Assembly: GCA_023245355.1 (NCBI GenBank)
Contig: JAHFKN010000007.1
Span: 1-63,688, forward strand
Direction of reading: 5' to 3'
Source: Candidatus Gottesmanbacteria bacterium
GTDB lineage: Bacteria > Patescibacteriota > Microgenomatia > UBA10105 > UBA927
DNA length: 63,688 bases
Program-made: the position numbers and the translations under genes
Part shown: positions 45,359 through 54,778 of the stretch, piece after piece
How positions within the stretch are numbered: the stretch's first letter is position 1
Layout: each line of letters starts with the position of its first letter
Notes under the pieces: generated by a model
What the model was told of the DNA's origin: nothing
What the model saw: the letters and a program-made list of their open reading frames with translations, nothing else
The model's database searches: none

Positions 45359-46297
45359 TTAGCCCCCGATTCCGTAGATGACAAACAGCGTGGATCCCAC
45401 CCATAAAATGACGGTAGTCAGGAGCGGGAGGTCAGTAGTCAGTACCTGTTCCGGGGATTCTCCTTTGCCGTGATAGATAAGCTGCATATACCGCATAATG
45501 CCGTACAGGACAAACGGAATCGTCATCATCATCCATTTGCGGTCAGGAATGCCGATCACGAAATCGCTGTAATTTTTAAATATCAGCCCTTGGGTAATGG
45601 GACGTTCCAGAAACGTGAAGTAGGTATAGGAAATGAATGTGCTGGTAGCAAACATCGACGTATATGCGTCCAGTAATTTTTCCGAATAGTGAGACAGCGC
45701 CGCCCGCGTATCTTTCGGTGATGCGTCGCCTGACCCCTGGATAAGGGTCAGTTCGGCCCGCCGTTTTCCGATGGCCAGGAATAACGCAAGCGAGAGAGCG
45801 GCAAGGGCGAGCCAGATGGAGATGTGATATCCGCTTGCTGCTTCTCCGGCATAGACGCGTAGTACGTAGCCTGCCGTAATGGCAATGATATCGACGACGG
45901 ATATATGTTTTAACACGATGGAGTACGAATATTGAAGCAGGATAAATATGAGCGAAAGGATAAAAAACGATTGGCCGATAAGCTGAGCTAAACCCAAACC
46001 TAATACCAGAAGCAGCAATGAAACCAGCAGCGCGGTTTTTATAGGAAGCTTGCCGCTTGCCACCGGACGGAATTTTTTGAACGGGTGGCGCCGGTCTGCC
46101 GGTGCATCCAGTACGTCATTTAAAATATAGTTGGACGATGAGAGGAAGCAAAATGAGATAAATCCTATAATGGTGTCGGTCAGCAGGGGAACGTAGAATA
46201 GCTGTCCGGTAAAAAATATCGTAGTAAACAGCGCTAAGTTTTTTAGCCACTGTCGTGGTCTCGCTGCTTTGAGAATTGCGTAAAGAAGCTGACCCAT
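45359..46297 (-). CDS. UbiA-family polyprenyl-phosphate phosphoribosyltransferase (DPPR-synthase-like)
   Basis: RPRQWLKN, YILNDVLD-x2-ADRRHP-x-KKFRPVASG, KRRAEL and GESPEQVL motifs. Confidence 0.85.
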   Translation of the reverse strand: MGQLLYAILKAARPRQWLKNLALFTTIFFTGQLFYVPLLTDTIIGFISFCFLSSSNYILNDVLDAPADRRHPFKKFRPVASGKLPIKTALLVSLLLLVLGLGLAQLIGQSFFILSLIFILLQYSYSIVLKHISVVDIIAITAGYVLRVYAGEAASGYHISIWLALAALSLALFLAIGKRRAELTLIQGSGDASPKDTRAALSHYSEKLLDAYTSMFATSTFISYTYFTFLERPITQGLIFKNYSDFVIGIPDRKWMMMTIPFVLYGIMRYMQLIYHGKGESPEQVLTTDLPLLTTVILWVGSTLFVIYGIGG

Positions 46298-47328
46298 ACG
46301 AGAAACATGGTCAATGCAACAGCCACAGCGACAAACGTAAATACTTTAAGCTGGCTCGTGACTGTGAGCGAGACCAGCCCCAGTATAGCCGAGACTCCCC
46401 AGTAAAACAAGGCGATCCGGGGTTTACTCCATCCCAAATCCAGCAGCCGGTGATGCAGGTGTCCGCGGTCTGCCCAGACGGGGGATTTTCTCATGCCGAT
46501 CCGCCGGATAAGGGTAGCTACCGCATCAAGCATCGGAATGCCCAATACCAATAGCGCCGTGCCTAATTTTGCAAATGACAGAATACCCAACAAGGCGAGA
46601 AAAAATCCGGCAAGTGTCTTTCCTCCATAGCCTGGCATAATCTTCTGGGGATAAAAATTCCACGGCAGAAATCCCAGGAATGCTCCCGTAATGATAAACG
46701 CGAGTATGGTAACCCAAATCTGATTTGCGTCGAGCAGGCTATACCGGAGTGACAGCAATCCCAATACAAACGCCGAAATGGCAACATATCCGGGCATCTG
46801 GCCGTCTACGCCTGCGGACCACCCGATAATATTCATCGTCCATACGATCCAAAGTACGGCCAGTAGTTGCGGGAGACCGATAACGACGGGTAACGATCCG
46901 ATTGTCAGAGTAACGTTCCAGGCGTTGAGCGGCAAGACACCTCCCGTGAGCGGATTGGTGATGAAAGGAATGGAGCTTCCGGTTGCGACTACAATGATTG
47001 CTACGATAATGTTTGTTATCAGGCGGACATAGGGACTTACGTCGCGCTTGTCGTCGAGCAACCCGACAGCTGTCAGAATGATACTGCCCGCGATGATGCC
47101 GACAATCTGTGTGGTCATCGGCAATGCCGTGACCATCATCGCCGTAATACCTAAAAATAATGCCAGCCCCCCGGCGCGCGGAATAATTCCTTTGTGTGTA
47201 TGTGCAGGGTGATACCGGTGTTTAGGATCGTCTACCAGCCCGAAGCGTTTGGCAAAAATAATAACCAACGGGGTAAGCCCGAGGGTCAGCAAAACGGTTA
47301 TAAATAATAATGGAAGGAATTGAATCAT
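46243..47328 (-). CDS. MraY/WecA family (GT4-type) polyprenyl-phosphate N-acetylhexosamine-1-P transferase
   Basis: LVDDP, PRAGG, GLLDD, GVDG, NFYPQKIMPG, DRGHLHHRL. Start trimmed to MIQFLP (47328), which overlaps the upstream stop. Confidence 0.9.
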   Translation of the reverse strand: MIQFLPLLFITVLLTLGLTPLVIIFAKRFGLVDDPKHRYHPAHTHKGIIPRAGGLALFLGITAMMVTALPMTTQIVGIIAGSIILTAVGLLDDKRDVSPYVRLITNIIVAIIVVATGSSIPFITNPLTGGVLPLNAWNVTLTIGSLPVVIGLPQLLAVLWIVWTMNIIGWSAGVDGQMPGYVAISAFVLGLLSLRYSLLDANQIWVTILAFIITGAFLGFLPWNFYPQKIMPGYGGKTLAGFFLALLGILSFAKLGTALLVLGIPMLDAVATLIRRIGMRKSPVWADRGHLHHRLLDLGWSKPRIALFYWGVSAILGLVSLTVTSQLKVFTFVAVAVALTMFLVWVSFFTQFSKQRDHDSG

Positions 47329-47717
47329 TAGCTTATCAGCGTAACAATGCGTATCACCATAAAGCCGCTTAATATTGAAATAAGGATGGACGTAAGAAGC
47401 AGCACCCGTGCAAACATCGGATGATTGTCTGCAAACCGCACGACAGCCGTTAGATTGACTAAATAGATGACGACGGCAGAAACGAGCGGGAGAAACAAAA
47501 ACCATGGGGAAGCAAGCCGCTCATCCCCCCAGGGTTTGCTGTACCAGAGCGGAACCTGAGGAGGAAGACTTCTCCAATACCATGCGATAACGGCACTTCC
47601 TATCAGGAATTGAGAAACGACGGCGTTTGTCGCCCATCTGTATTCCCATGTTGTGCGGGCGGAGCCGATTCCCTGAAACAGGCGCTGTGATAACGGCACG
47701 TATGGCGCGATTTTCAT
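47328..47717 (-). CDS. Membrane protein, DUF1648-like
   Basis: LPPQVPLWYS-x-PWG motif and three TM segments. Confidence 0.75.
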   Translation of the reverse strand: MKIAPYVPLSQRLFQGIGSARTTWEYRWATNAVVSQFLIGSAVIAWYWRSLPPQVPLWYSKPWGDERLASPWFLFLPLVSAVVIYLVNLTAVVRFADNHPMFARVLLLTSILISILSGFMVIRIVTLIS

Positions 47718-49042
47718 AGGGGCATGCGATACACGATCTCATACGTCGTATCGGGGTAGATAAGAATTGCCCGCATCGGATATTCAGGATAATCACGGAT
47801 CATTCTTGAGGGGGTGATAAGCGCATCTCCGATATACCACGGAAACACATTGTTTCTGGGGTTGTACAGATAGACACGCGTTTTGTCTTTGGCATAATAG
47901 AGGGTTTCCAGATAAATGATCGGGTCGGCCGCCAGGAATATGTCATCGGGTTTTGCGATAACATTTATCTGATCGAATGAATTGCGGATAGGAGCCTTTG
48001 TGTGTTGCGGCGGATACCACCAGTTGAACCACAGGACACCGACTAAAAATACGCCGGCGACCACTTTTTGGAGAACCGTATTTTTTATGGCAAAAATGGC
48101 CGCAGTCACGATGAGCACCTCCGCAACCGTTGCGGGGATAAGATACCGGTTTACAAAAAGCGGGGTGATAAATGATATGGCAATGACCGCAGCAAGGGGG
48201 ATGGCGCCGAACAGAATAAATAATGCCGTCCGCTTTCTGTGTTGTTTGTCCGTAAGCGCTACAAGAGCACTAAGCAGCAGGCCGAAAGAAAGATAGGCCG
48301 TGTATTTCCACCCGTACCACGGGGTTCCCTCATATCCTACAAACATATTTCCCAATACGGATTTGATCAGTTGCCAATCGACGGGATAATACCATGATGT
48401 ACGCATGCGGCCCGCTTCGATGCCGATTTTGATAAGCCATGGGATTATAAGAAGCACTATGATGCCAAACGCTCTGATTCCCCGGTCTGTCCGCAAAAAG
48501 TGCAGCAGTGATGTAAGCGCCGTCCGTTTTGTCCAGAGCCAGTGAAGTCCGAGTACGCCGATAAACGGGAGAATGTAGACGTGGGTATAAAACCCCAGCA
48601 CGGAAGCTAGGATGAACCACTTCCATTTTTGTGACGCATAAGAAATCAGCATCACGGTCGCAAAACATATATACCATCCGTAGGTGCGCACCTCGAATGC
48701 ATAATAGAGCAGCATGGGATTAAGGAAGAAAAACAGAGGCAGGTACCAGGACAGCCAGTGTTTTTTGTACAGGGTGTGCCCCCACTCGATGATAAGCGCT
48801 GTGGCGATCAGGAATCCTATGAGGGACAGACTTCGTGCCGCCACTTCACTTGTCCCGAACAGTTTTATCCAGAAATGCAGCATGGTGTAGTAGACCGGGG
48901 GTTCAAATCCTAACCTCGTGATGATGAATCCGAGTGATTGTTGGGCTGCGAGGATAGAAAACGCTTCATCCCGCCATAAACTTTGCACAAAATACAATAG
49001 CGGCGTATGAGTGAGTAGCAGATTGAGCATACCGTACTCCAA
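47714..49042 (-). CDS. GT-C fold glycosyltransferase (PMT/ArnT-like)
   Basis: SLWRDEAFS, EPPVYY, RSLS, YAFEVRTY, NRY motifs and many TM segments. Confidence 0.87.
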   Translation of the reverse strand: MEYGMLNLLLTHTPLLYFVQSLWRDEAFSILAAQQSLGFIITRLGFEPPVYYTMLHFWIKLFGTSEVAARSLSLIGFLIATALIIEWGHTLYKKHWLSWYLPLFFFLNPMLLYYAFEVRTYGWYICFATVMLISYASQKWKWFILASVLGFYTHVYILPFIGVLGLHWLWTKRTALTSLLHFLRTDRGIRAFGIIVLLIIPWLIKIGIEAGRMRTSWYYPVDWQLIKSVLGNMFVGYEGTPWYGWKYTAYLSFGLLLSALVALTDKQHRKRTALFILFGAIPLAAVIAISFITPLFVNRYLIPATVAEVLIVTAAIFAIKNTVLQKVVAGVFLVGVLWFNWWYPPQHTKAPIRNSFDQINVIAKPDDIFLAADPIIYLETLYYAKDKTRVYLYNPRNNVFPWYIGDALITPSRMIRDYPEYPMRAILIYPDTTYEIVYRMPL

Positions 49043-50524
49043 TTATATCTTTTCCGTTACCCGATATTCCAGTCGCTTTCCCAGCATAAGCCTGGTGTGG
49101 GCATCAAGCCCGGGTAATGCGGAAAGAAAAAACGAAATAATAGGTAATGTGAGCCACTGCAGATACAGAAGCGGTAATTTCCATTTGGGATATGCTTTCG
49201 GTGGCGGCGGCTTAATACGCCAGTCTATGACAAAGACGATAATAAGAAAAATGGTTGAAAGTGTCAGAATACCGGATGATATCTGCGCGAGATTGTGACC
49301 TAATACCGTACGGGCGAAACTCGGGTTTATAAGCGGCGGCACCGTACTTCCGAGTGTCAGTATGAACCAATTTGTCGGCCAGAGGAGATGATGTTCCAAC
49401 AGTGATGCAAGCCGTCTGGTGCGGTCTGACAGTTTGATTTCCGTATGCAGAAATGTTTCCCTGATGACATAGGGAATATCCGATACCCCCCACGCCCACC
49501 GTTTCGATTGTTCATATTGATTGACAATCGTATTGAAAAAACCGTGGCTTTCGGCCGCATCGACTAAAATAGGCAGAAAAATCGGCTGTACGGATACGTG
49601 TTCTCCGCGGGCAAAATACACGGTGAAAAACATGTGATAGTCTTCCGGAATTACATCAACCGCCCAGTAGCCGACCGATGCCGCCGTCTGAAAAGAAAGC
49701 GAATATGTCGAAAAGTTAATGAGCCGTGATTGCTGGGAAAGGAATGCCAGATTCCACATGCTGTTTAATGTATTGAGAAACCGGTTCGGCAGCGGAATAC
49801 GCCAGATATTGTTATAAAACATAATGCTTCCCTGGTAGAAATGATCGTGGCGGTGCGGGTCGCTTAGGAACTGGTAGGCGAGCGCGGAAAAATATTTGGG
49901 ATGAGGAAGCGCATCCGCGTCACAGGAGGTGACGGTGGTCCAGGCAACCGGAATATGTTTTTCCTTAAGAAGTATTGCGGCCTTACGGGCTGCCCAGGCC
50001 ATATTGGATGATTTGCCGGCAATTTCTCCCGTCACCAACGTATGGCGGGTAATCAGAAAGTGACCGAATATGCTTCCGAACTCTTTCTTTAAAAGGGTAC
50101 CGGTTTCAGTACTGTTGGGGTCTTTGGTTTCCGTCGCCAGCACGATAATGATGCGTTCCCGCGGATAATCCTGATGGGCCAGATTTTCGAGCGTTCTGCG
50201 AAGTATGTGAATAGGTTCCTGAAATTCCGGAATAATAATGACATGCCACAGATCATTAAAATGCGGGAGATTCCGTGCCTGTTCAAGCCAGTTGACTGCT
50301 GTGTGTGCGGTAAACATGACGAATGACCGCATCGCAAAAATGACCAGGGAGACGGACTTATAAAACCAATATACGTCGAACGTGATGATGAGGTATGCGA
50401 CCAGCGCCGGATGCCAGAAGGAGAGCCAAAGCGGCAGTGTGATGATAAACCACGAAAGAGCCGGAATAGCGATTTCGAAAAAACGCTGCGTTTTGTTGGG
50501 GTAACGCAAAAATATTTGGCGCAT
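49043..50524 (-). CDS. Glycosyltransferase family 2, membrane-bound processive type
   Basis: IIIPEFQE, GKSSN, DAD, EDYH and QSKRW (QxxRW) motifs with flanking TMs. Confidence 0.88.
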   Translation of the reverse strand: MRQIFLRYPNKTQRFFEIAIPALSWFIITLPLWLSFWHPALVAYLIITFDVYWFYKSVSLVIFAMRSFVMFTAHTAVNWLEQARNLPHFNDLWHVIIIPEFQEPIHILRRTLENLAHQDYPRERIIIVLATETKDPNSTETGTLLKKEFGSIFGHFLITRHTLVTGEIAGKSSNMAWAARKAAILLKEKHIPVAWTTVTSCDADALPHPKYFSALAYQFLSDPHRHDHFYQGSIMFYNNIWRIPLPNRFLNTLNSMWNLAFLSQQSRLINFSTYSLSFQTAASVGYWAVDVIPEDYHMFFTVYFARGEHVSVQPIFLPILVDAAESHGFFNTIVNQYEQSKRWAWGVSDIPYVIRETFLHTEIKLSDRTRRLASLLEHHLLWPTNWFILTLGSTVPPLINPSFARTVLGHNLAQISSGILTLSTIFLIIVFVIDWRIKPPPPKAYPKWKLPLLYLQWLTLPIISFFLSALPGLDAHTRLMLGKRLEYRVTEKI

Positions 50525-50555
50525 AGAATCAAGCTAAATTATACCACGCGCTCTG

Positions 50556-51335
50556 TCAGATCGAAAATAATGCCCTCGCGTTTTCGGTCGTGGCTTTCAT
50601 GATATCGGCAACCGGTATATTGCGGAGTTTTGCAATATGATCGGCAATTAACGGGATATATTTGGGTTCGTTACGGTCTCCGCGGTGCGGCACGGGAGTA
50701 AGGTACGGCGCATCCGTTTCCAGAAGCAGCATGGAAAGCGGGATATGGGGGACGATCGTCATAAGCTGTTTGGAGTAGGTCACGTTTCCGTCGACACCCA
50801 TGTATAGTCCCAACTCCTGTGCCAGCCGCAGATCCTGCAGTCCTCCGGAAAAACAATGCAGGACGCCGCGGGGAGGTTGGGGCAACCGTGCGATGACCGA
50901 AAACATATCCTCAAACGCATCACGGCAATGGATGATGACCGGTTTGTCATACGTACGTGCAAGGGTAAGCTGATCTTCAAACAGCCGTTGCTGTACATCT
51001 TTCCGGCCGGCGGCTATTTCTCCTTTGTATTCGTGATAATCCAGACCGCATTCGCCGACGGCGACAATATATTTTTTGTTTTCTTCGTCTTTAAGCAGTG
51101 TTTCTATGTACGATACGTCGGGGTTGTGCGGAGCTTCATACGGGTGGAATCCGACTGCGGCAAATACGACTCCTTCATGCTGACGGGCCAACAGTACGGC
51201 AGTCCGGCTGGAATTGTGATCGACTCCCGGCACGACGAACTGTCTGACTCCCGCTTTTTTGGCGTTGCCGATAACCATTGCGCGGTCGGAGTCATAGTCC
51301 GCAAAATTTAATTGGACGTGTGTGTCGATGTACAT
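50556..51335 (-). CDS. tatD: TatD family DNase
   Basis: IDTHVQL, VGFHP, VGECGLDY, IIHCR, VLHCF, LETDAP. Start trimmed to 51335, 1 nt after the metG stop. Confidence 0.93.
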   Translation of the reverse strand: MYIDTHVQLNFADYDSDRAMVIGNAKKAGVRQFVVPGVDHNSSRTAVLLARQHEGVVFAAVGFHPYEAPHNPDVSYIETLLKDEENKKYIVAVGECGLDYHEYKGEIAAGRKDVQQRLFEDQLTLARTYDKPVIIHCRDAFEDMFSVIARLPQPPRGVLHCFSGGLQDLRLAQELGLYMGVDGNVTYSKQLMTIVPHIPLSMLLLETDAPYLTPVPHRGDRNEPKYIPLIADHIAKLRNIPVADIMKATTENARALFSI

Positions 51336-51336
51336 A

Positions 51337-52782
51337 CTATGTGAGGCGGGGGAATAACGGTGCGCCTGCCATAATCGTTGATCCGGAAAATTGTTCACAA
51401 ATGACTGTTCCCGTGTGCGGAAGGAATAGTTGTATCAATACGCTTATTTCCTGAATCGGACCGATGAAAAAGTTTATAGATGCTGTGAGTTCCTCGCCCT
51501 TTTTTTCCCAGGGTTTTTTTTCATTTACCGCAATATCGAGTGTTTTTATTTTCCCCCACAGATAGGTTAACGCCTCATTAAATTCGAACGCTTCAATATG
51601 GTGTTTGTACTCCGGATTATCTTTCAGATAATCCTGAAACGAACGGGGGGCGGGAATTGTCAGCATCGGAGCTACCGATGCAAGTTTGGCAATCCGGGCG
51701 ACAAGATTTCCCAGTCCGTTTGCCAAGTCCGCATTATAGAGTTCTTTAAATCTGCGTTCCGAAAAATCTCCGTCGGCAGAGGCGGGGATTTCGCGCAGAA
51801 AATAGTACCGTAACGGATCGGCACCGTATTTGTTTATAAGTTCCAGAGGATCGATGACATTTCCCAGCGTTTTACTCATCTTTTGTCCGTTTACCGTAAA
51901 GTAACCGTGTACAAACAATGCTTTCGGCGGTTGTAGCCCGGCAGAGAGCAAAAATGCAGGCCAGTATACCGCATGGAAACGGCTGATACCTTTGCCGATG
52001 ACATGGACGTCTGCGGGCCACCATTTTTTGTACGTTTGTTCATCCCATCCGAATCCGATACCGGACTGGTAAATGTTGAGCGCGTCGAACCATACATACA
52101 TACGCTGTGACGGATCATTCGGCACGGGAACTCCCCAGTTTTTGGCCCGTTCGTTACTCCGGGAAATACTGATATCCCGAAGCGGCTGTTTTAGAAACGA
52201 AAGCACTTCGTTTTTGCGGGTGTCAGGCGTAATTGCCAGCGTGTCTGTCGTTATCAGGTCAATAAGTTGCTGCTGATATTTGGACAGCCGGAAAAAATAA
52301 TTCTCTTCTTTGACCGTTTCCAGTTTTTTTCCGGGATGCTCAAAACATTCACCCTGTTCATTGAGTTCTTCCGGCTCGTAAAATGTTTCGCACCCGACAC
52401 AGTAGAGCCCTTCATATGATTTTTTGTAGATATCCCCGGCTTTGTTGCAGCGCTCCCATAGATTCTGACTGGAGGGGAAGTGATGAAGCGTATCGCTCCC
52501 TTTTTGCCAGATATCGAACTGGCAGCCCAGGGATTTGGTCAGTTCGAAAAATTTCGTATTATTCGTATCGATGAACTGCTGTACCGGTTGTCCGGCCTTT
52601 TCTGCGGCCTGCACGTTTTTGAGCGCATTCTCATCTCCGCCCGAAAGCAGCAGCGTATCTTCCCCGAGTAGGCGGTGGTATCGGGCGATGACGTCTCCCT
52701 GGACGAATTCCAATGCATGCCCGATATGCGGCGCCGCATTGACATAAGGAATAGCGCAGGTAATATAGAATTTTTTATTCAT
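51337..52782 (-). CDS. metG: Methionyl-tRNA synthetase (short form without C-terminal tRNA-binding domain)
   Basis: YVNAAPHIGH, GLYCVGCE, YVWFDAL, GKGISRFH, KMSKT, LANGLGNL. Confidence 0.96.
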   Translation of the reverse strand: MNKKFYITCAIPYVNAAPHIGHALEFVQGDVIARYHRLLGEDTLLLSGGDENALKNVQAAEKAGQPVQQFIDTNNTKFFELTKSLGCQFDIWQKGSDTLHHFPSSQNLWERCNKAGDIYKKSYEGLYCVGCETFYEPEELNEQGECFEHPGKKLETVKEENYFFRLSKYQQQLIDLITTDTLAITPDTRKNEVLSFLKQPLRDISISRSNERAKNWGVPVPNDPSQRMYVWFDALNIYQSGIGFGWDEQTYKKWWPADVHVIGKGISRFHAVYWPAFLLSAGLQPPKALFVHGYFTVNGQKMSKTLGNVIDPLELINKYGADPLRYYFLREIPASADGDFSERRFKELYNADLANGLGNLVARIAKLASVAPMLTIPAPRSFQDYLKDNPEYKHHIEAFEFNEALTYLWGKIKTLDIAVNEKKPWEKKGEELTASINFFIGPIQEISVLIQLFLPHTGTVICEQFSGSTIMAGAPLFPRLT

Positions 52783-52801
52783 AGTATGTATTTTACTACA
52801 C

Positions 52802-53125
52802 TTACGGCTGTTCCTGGTCTTTCCAGAGATACTCGAGCGCGATTATGCTGGCAAGCAGTAATACCGCGTAGAGCGGCTGCCGTAATCCGAGCAGCCGGAG
52901 GATAAAATATATCGTGATTCCCGCGCTGATGAGCAGTGCATGGCGCGCATGCTGCAGGAAATACAACAGAAGTGATGTTGCGGCTATGATAAAAAGCAGG
53001 AAAAATCCGGTCAGAGAAATTAAGGAATCGGGAGGAACGATATTGACGTACGCCGCTATTCCGATAAGTCCGGTCAGTCCGGTAAACAGGACAAACGGAT
53101 TGCGTGGTACTTTGCGCCTCTCCAT
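52802..53125 (-). CDS. Small membrane protein (4 TM), hypothetical
   Basis: Four hydrophobic segments; co-oriented with metG. Confidence 0.7.
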   Translation of the reverse strand: MERRKVPRNPFVLFTGLTGLIGIAAYVNIVPPDSLISLTGFFLLFIIAATSLLLYFLQHARHALLISAGITIYFILRLLGLRQPLYAVLLLASIIALEYLWKDQEQP

Positions 53126-53171
53126 ATATATTGATTGTAGGTGAGTTTATGAGCATGCTACAATGGGGCAC

Positions 53172-54203
53172 GTGAGTCCTGACTTCCTTATCCTCATTAT
53201 TGTCGTGATTGCCGGATTTGCGGTATTGGGATTTCTGGTCAAAAAGGAACTTACGAAACTTACGGAAAAGAAAGATGATTCCACGCTCACTGAATGGCTT
53301 AAATCCATGCAGGTATCCATAGAAAACACCAATAGGGTGTTAAATGAAGCAATGCGCGGACAGACGACGGACGTAAGCCGTCTGCTTCAGGCAAATACCA
53401 AGCAGCTTAATGAACGTCTGGATACTGCGGCCCGGGTCATAGGGGATCTGAAGCAGAATCTGGGAGAAATGTCGGAAGTGGGTAAAGGGATCCGCAGTCT
53501 ACAGGAGTTTCTGCAGTCGCCGAAGCTCCGGGGAAATATCGGCGAGCAGGTCATGCAGGATATGATCGGTCAGGCATTCCCGAAAAATTCGTTTCACCTG
53601 CAATATCAGTTCAAAAGCGGGGTGAAAGTAGATGCGGTGTTAAAAACAGACGCAGGGCTCCTGTGTGTGGATTCCAAATTTCCCATGGAAAATTTCACCA
53701 AAATGCATAAGGGCGAAACGGAAGTTATCCGTGCAGCGGCGAAACGGGATTTTTTCGCGGATGTCAAAAAACACGTTTCGGATATCAGCAAAAAATATAT
53801 TCTGCCGGAAGAAGGTACGATGGATTTTGCCCTGATGTATATACCCAGTGAGGGTGTGTATTACGAAATTGCAAATATGGAAGATCTTATGGGTTACGCG
53901 CGGAAACTACGCGTGTATCCCGTATCGCCCAATACCCTGTACGCGCATTTACAGGTGCTGCTGCTGTCGTTTCAGGGGAAAGATCTGGAGCAGAAATCGC
54001 GGCAGGTATTTCAGCTGCTGCGCGCTATCCAGAAAGATTACGGGAAAATAGAGGAAAATTTGGGGGTGTTGGGCAGACACGTTAACAATGCATATAACAC
54101 CATGAATACTGTGTCCGGGTCGTTTTCCCTGCTCGGGCAAAAATTGTCGCAAACGCAGATGCTCAGAGAAGAGGAAGAAGAATCAAAGGTGTTGCCCGAA
54201 TAA
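53172..54203 (+). CDS. rmuC: DNA recombination protein RmuC
   Basis: N-terminal TM and coiled coil, RGNIGE, VDSKFP, YILPEEGTMDFALMYIPSEGVY, VSPNTL. GTG start at 53172 is 7 nt after TG-C-TACAAT (track start 53163). Confidence 0.92.
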   Translation: MSPDFLILIIVVIAGFAVLGFLVKKELTKLTEKKDDSTLTEWLKSMQVSIENTNRVLNEAMRGQTTDVSRLLQANTKQLNERLDTAARVIGDLKQNLGEMSEVGKGIRSLQEFLQSPKLRGNIGEQVMQDMIGQAFPKNSFHLQYQFKSGVKVDAVLKTDAGLLCVDSKFPMENFTKMHKGETEVIRAAAKRDFFADVKKHVSDISKKYILPEEGTMDFALMYIPSEGVYYEIANMEDLMGYARKLRVYPVSPNTLYAHLQVLLLSFQGKDLEQKSRQVFQLLRAIQKDYGKIEENLGVLGRHVNNAYNTMNTVSGSFSLLGQKLSQTQMLREEEEESKVLPE

Positions 54204-54205
54204 TT

Positions 54206-54760
54206 ATGAAAAACGCGCTTATTCTTCATGGAACGGCAAACACCTCAGGCGGTAATTGGTTTCCCTGGCTGAAAAAGGAGTTGGAAAAAAGGGGATATTT
54301 AGTGTGGTCTCCTGATCTACCGAGGGCGGATGAGCCGGACGAAAAACGGTATCTTGATTTTATATTCGCAAACAAACAATGGGAGTTTAACCGGGAGACT
54401 GTCATCGTTGGTCATTCATCCGGAGGAGTGGCCGCGCTTAAATTATTGCAGCGGTTACCCGACGGTGTGGGTATAGACCGCTGCTTTACCGTCGGCGCTT
54501 TCACTAATACCCACGGGTGGGATGACATTGCCGGTTTGTTTACGACGCCGTTTGATTTTACTGAAATCAAAAACCATGCACGGAAATTTATCGTGTATCA
54601 CTCTGATGATGATCCGTATGTGCCATTGCGTGACGCAAAAGAATTGGAAAGCAAATTATCGGCAGAATTAGTTATGATGCCCGGGCAGGGGCATTTCAAT
54701 TTAGAAAAAGGCGAACAGTACCGGACTTTTCCTGAGCTTCTCGAAAAGATTATCCGGTAA
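54206..54760 (+). CDS. RBBP9/YdeN family alpha/beta hydrolase
   Basis: ILHG...NWFPWL, GHSSGG, HSDDDPYVP, GHF. Confidence 0.88.
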   Translation: MKNALILHGTANTSGGNWFPWLKKELEKRGYLVWSPDLPRADEPDEKRYLDFIFANKQWEFNRETVIVGHSSGGVAALKLLQRLPDGVGIDRCFTVGAFTNTHGWDDIAGLFTTPFDFTEIKNHARKFIVYHSDDDPYVPLRDAKELESKLSAELVMMPGQGHFNLEKGEQYRTFPELLEKIIR

Positions 54761-54778
54761 GATTATAATGACCCCACG

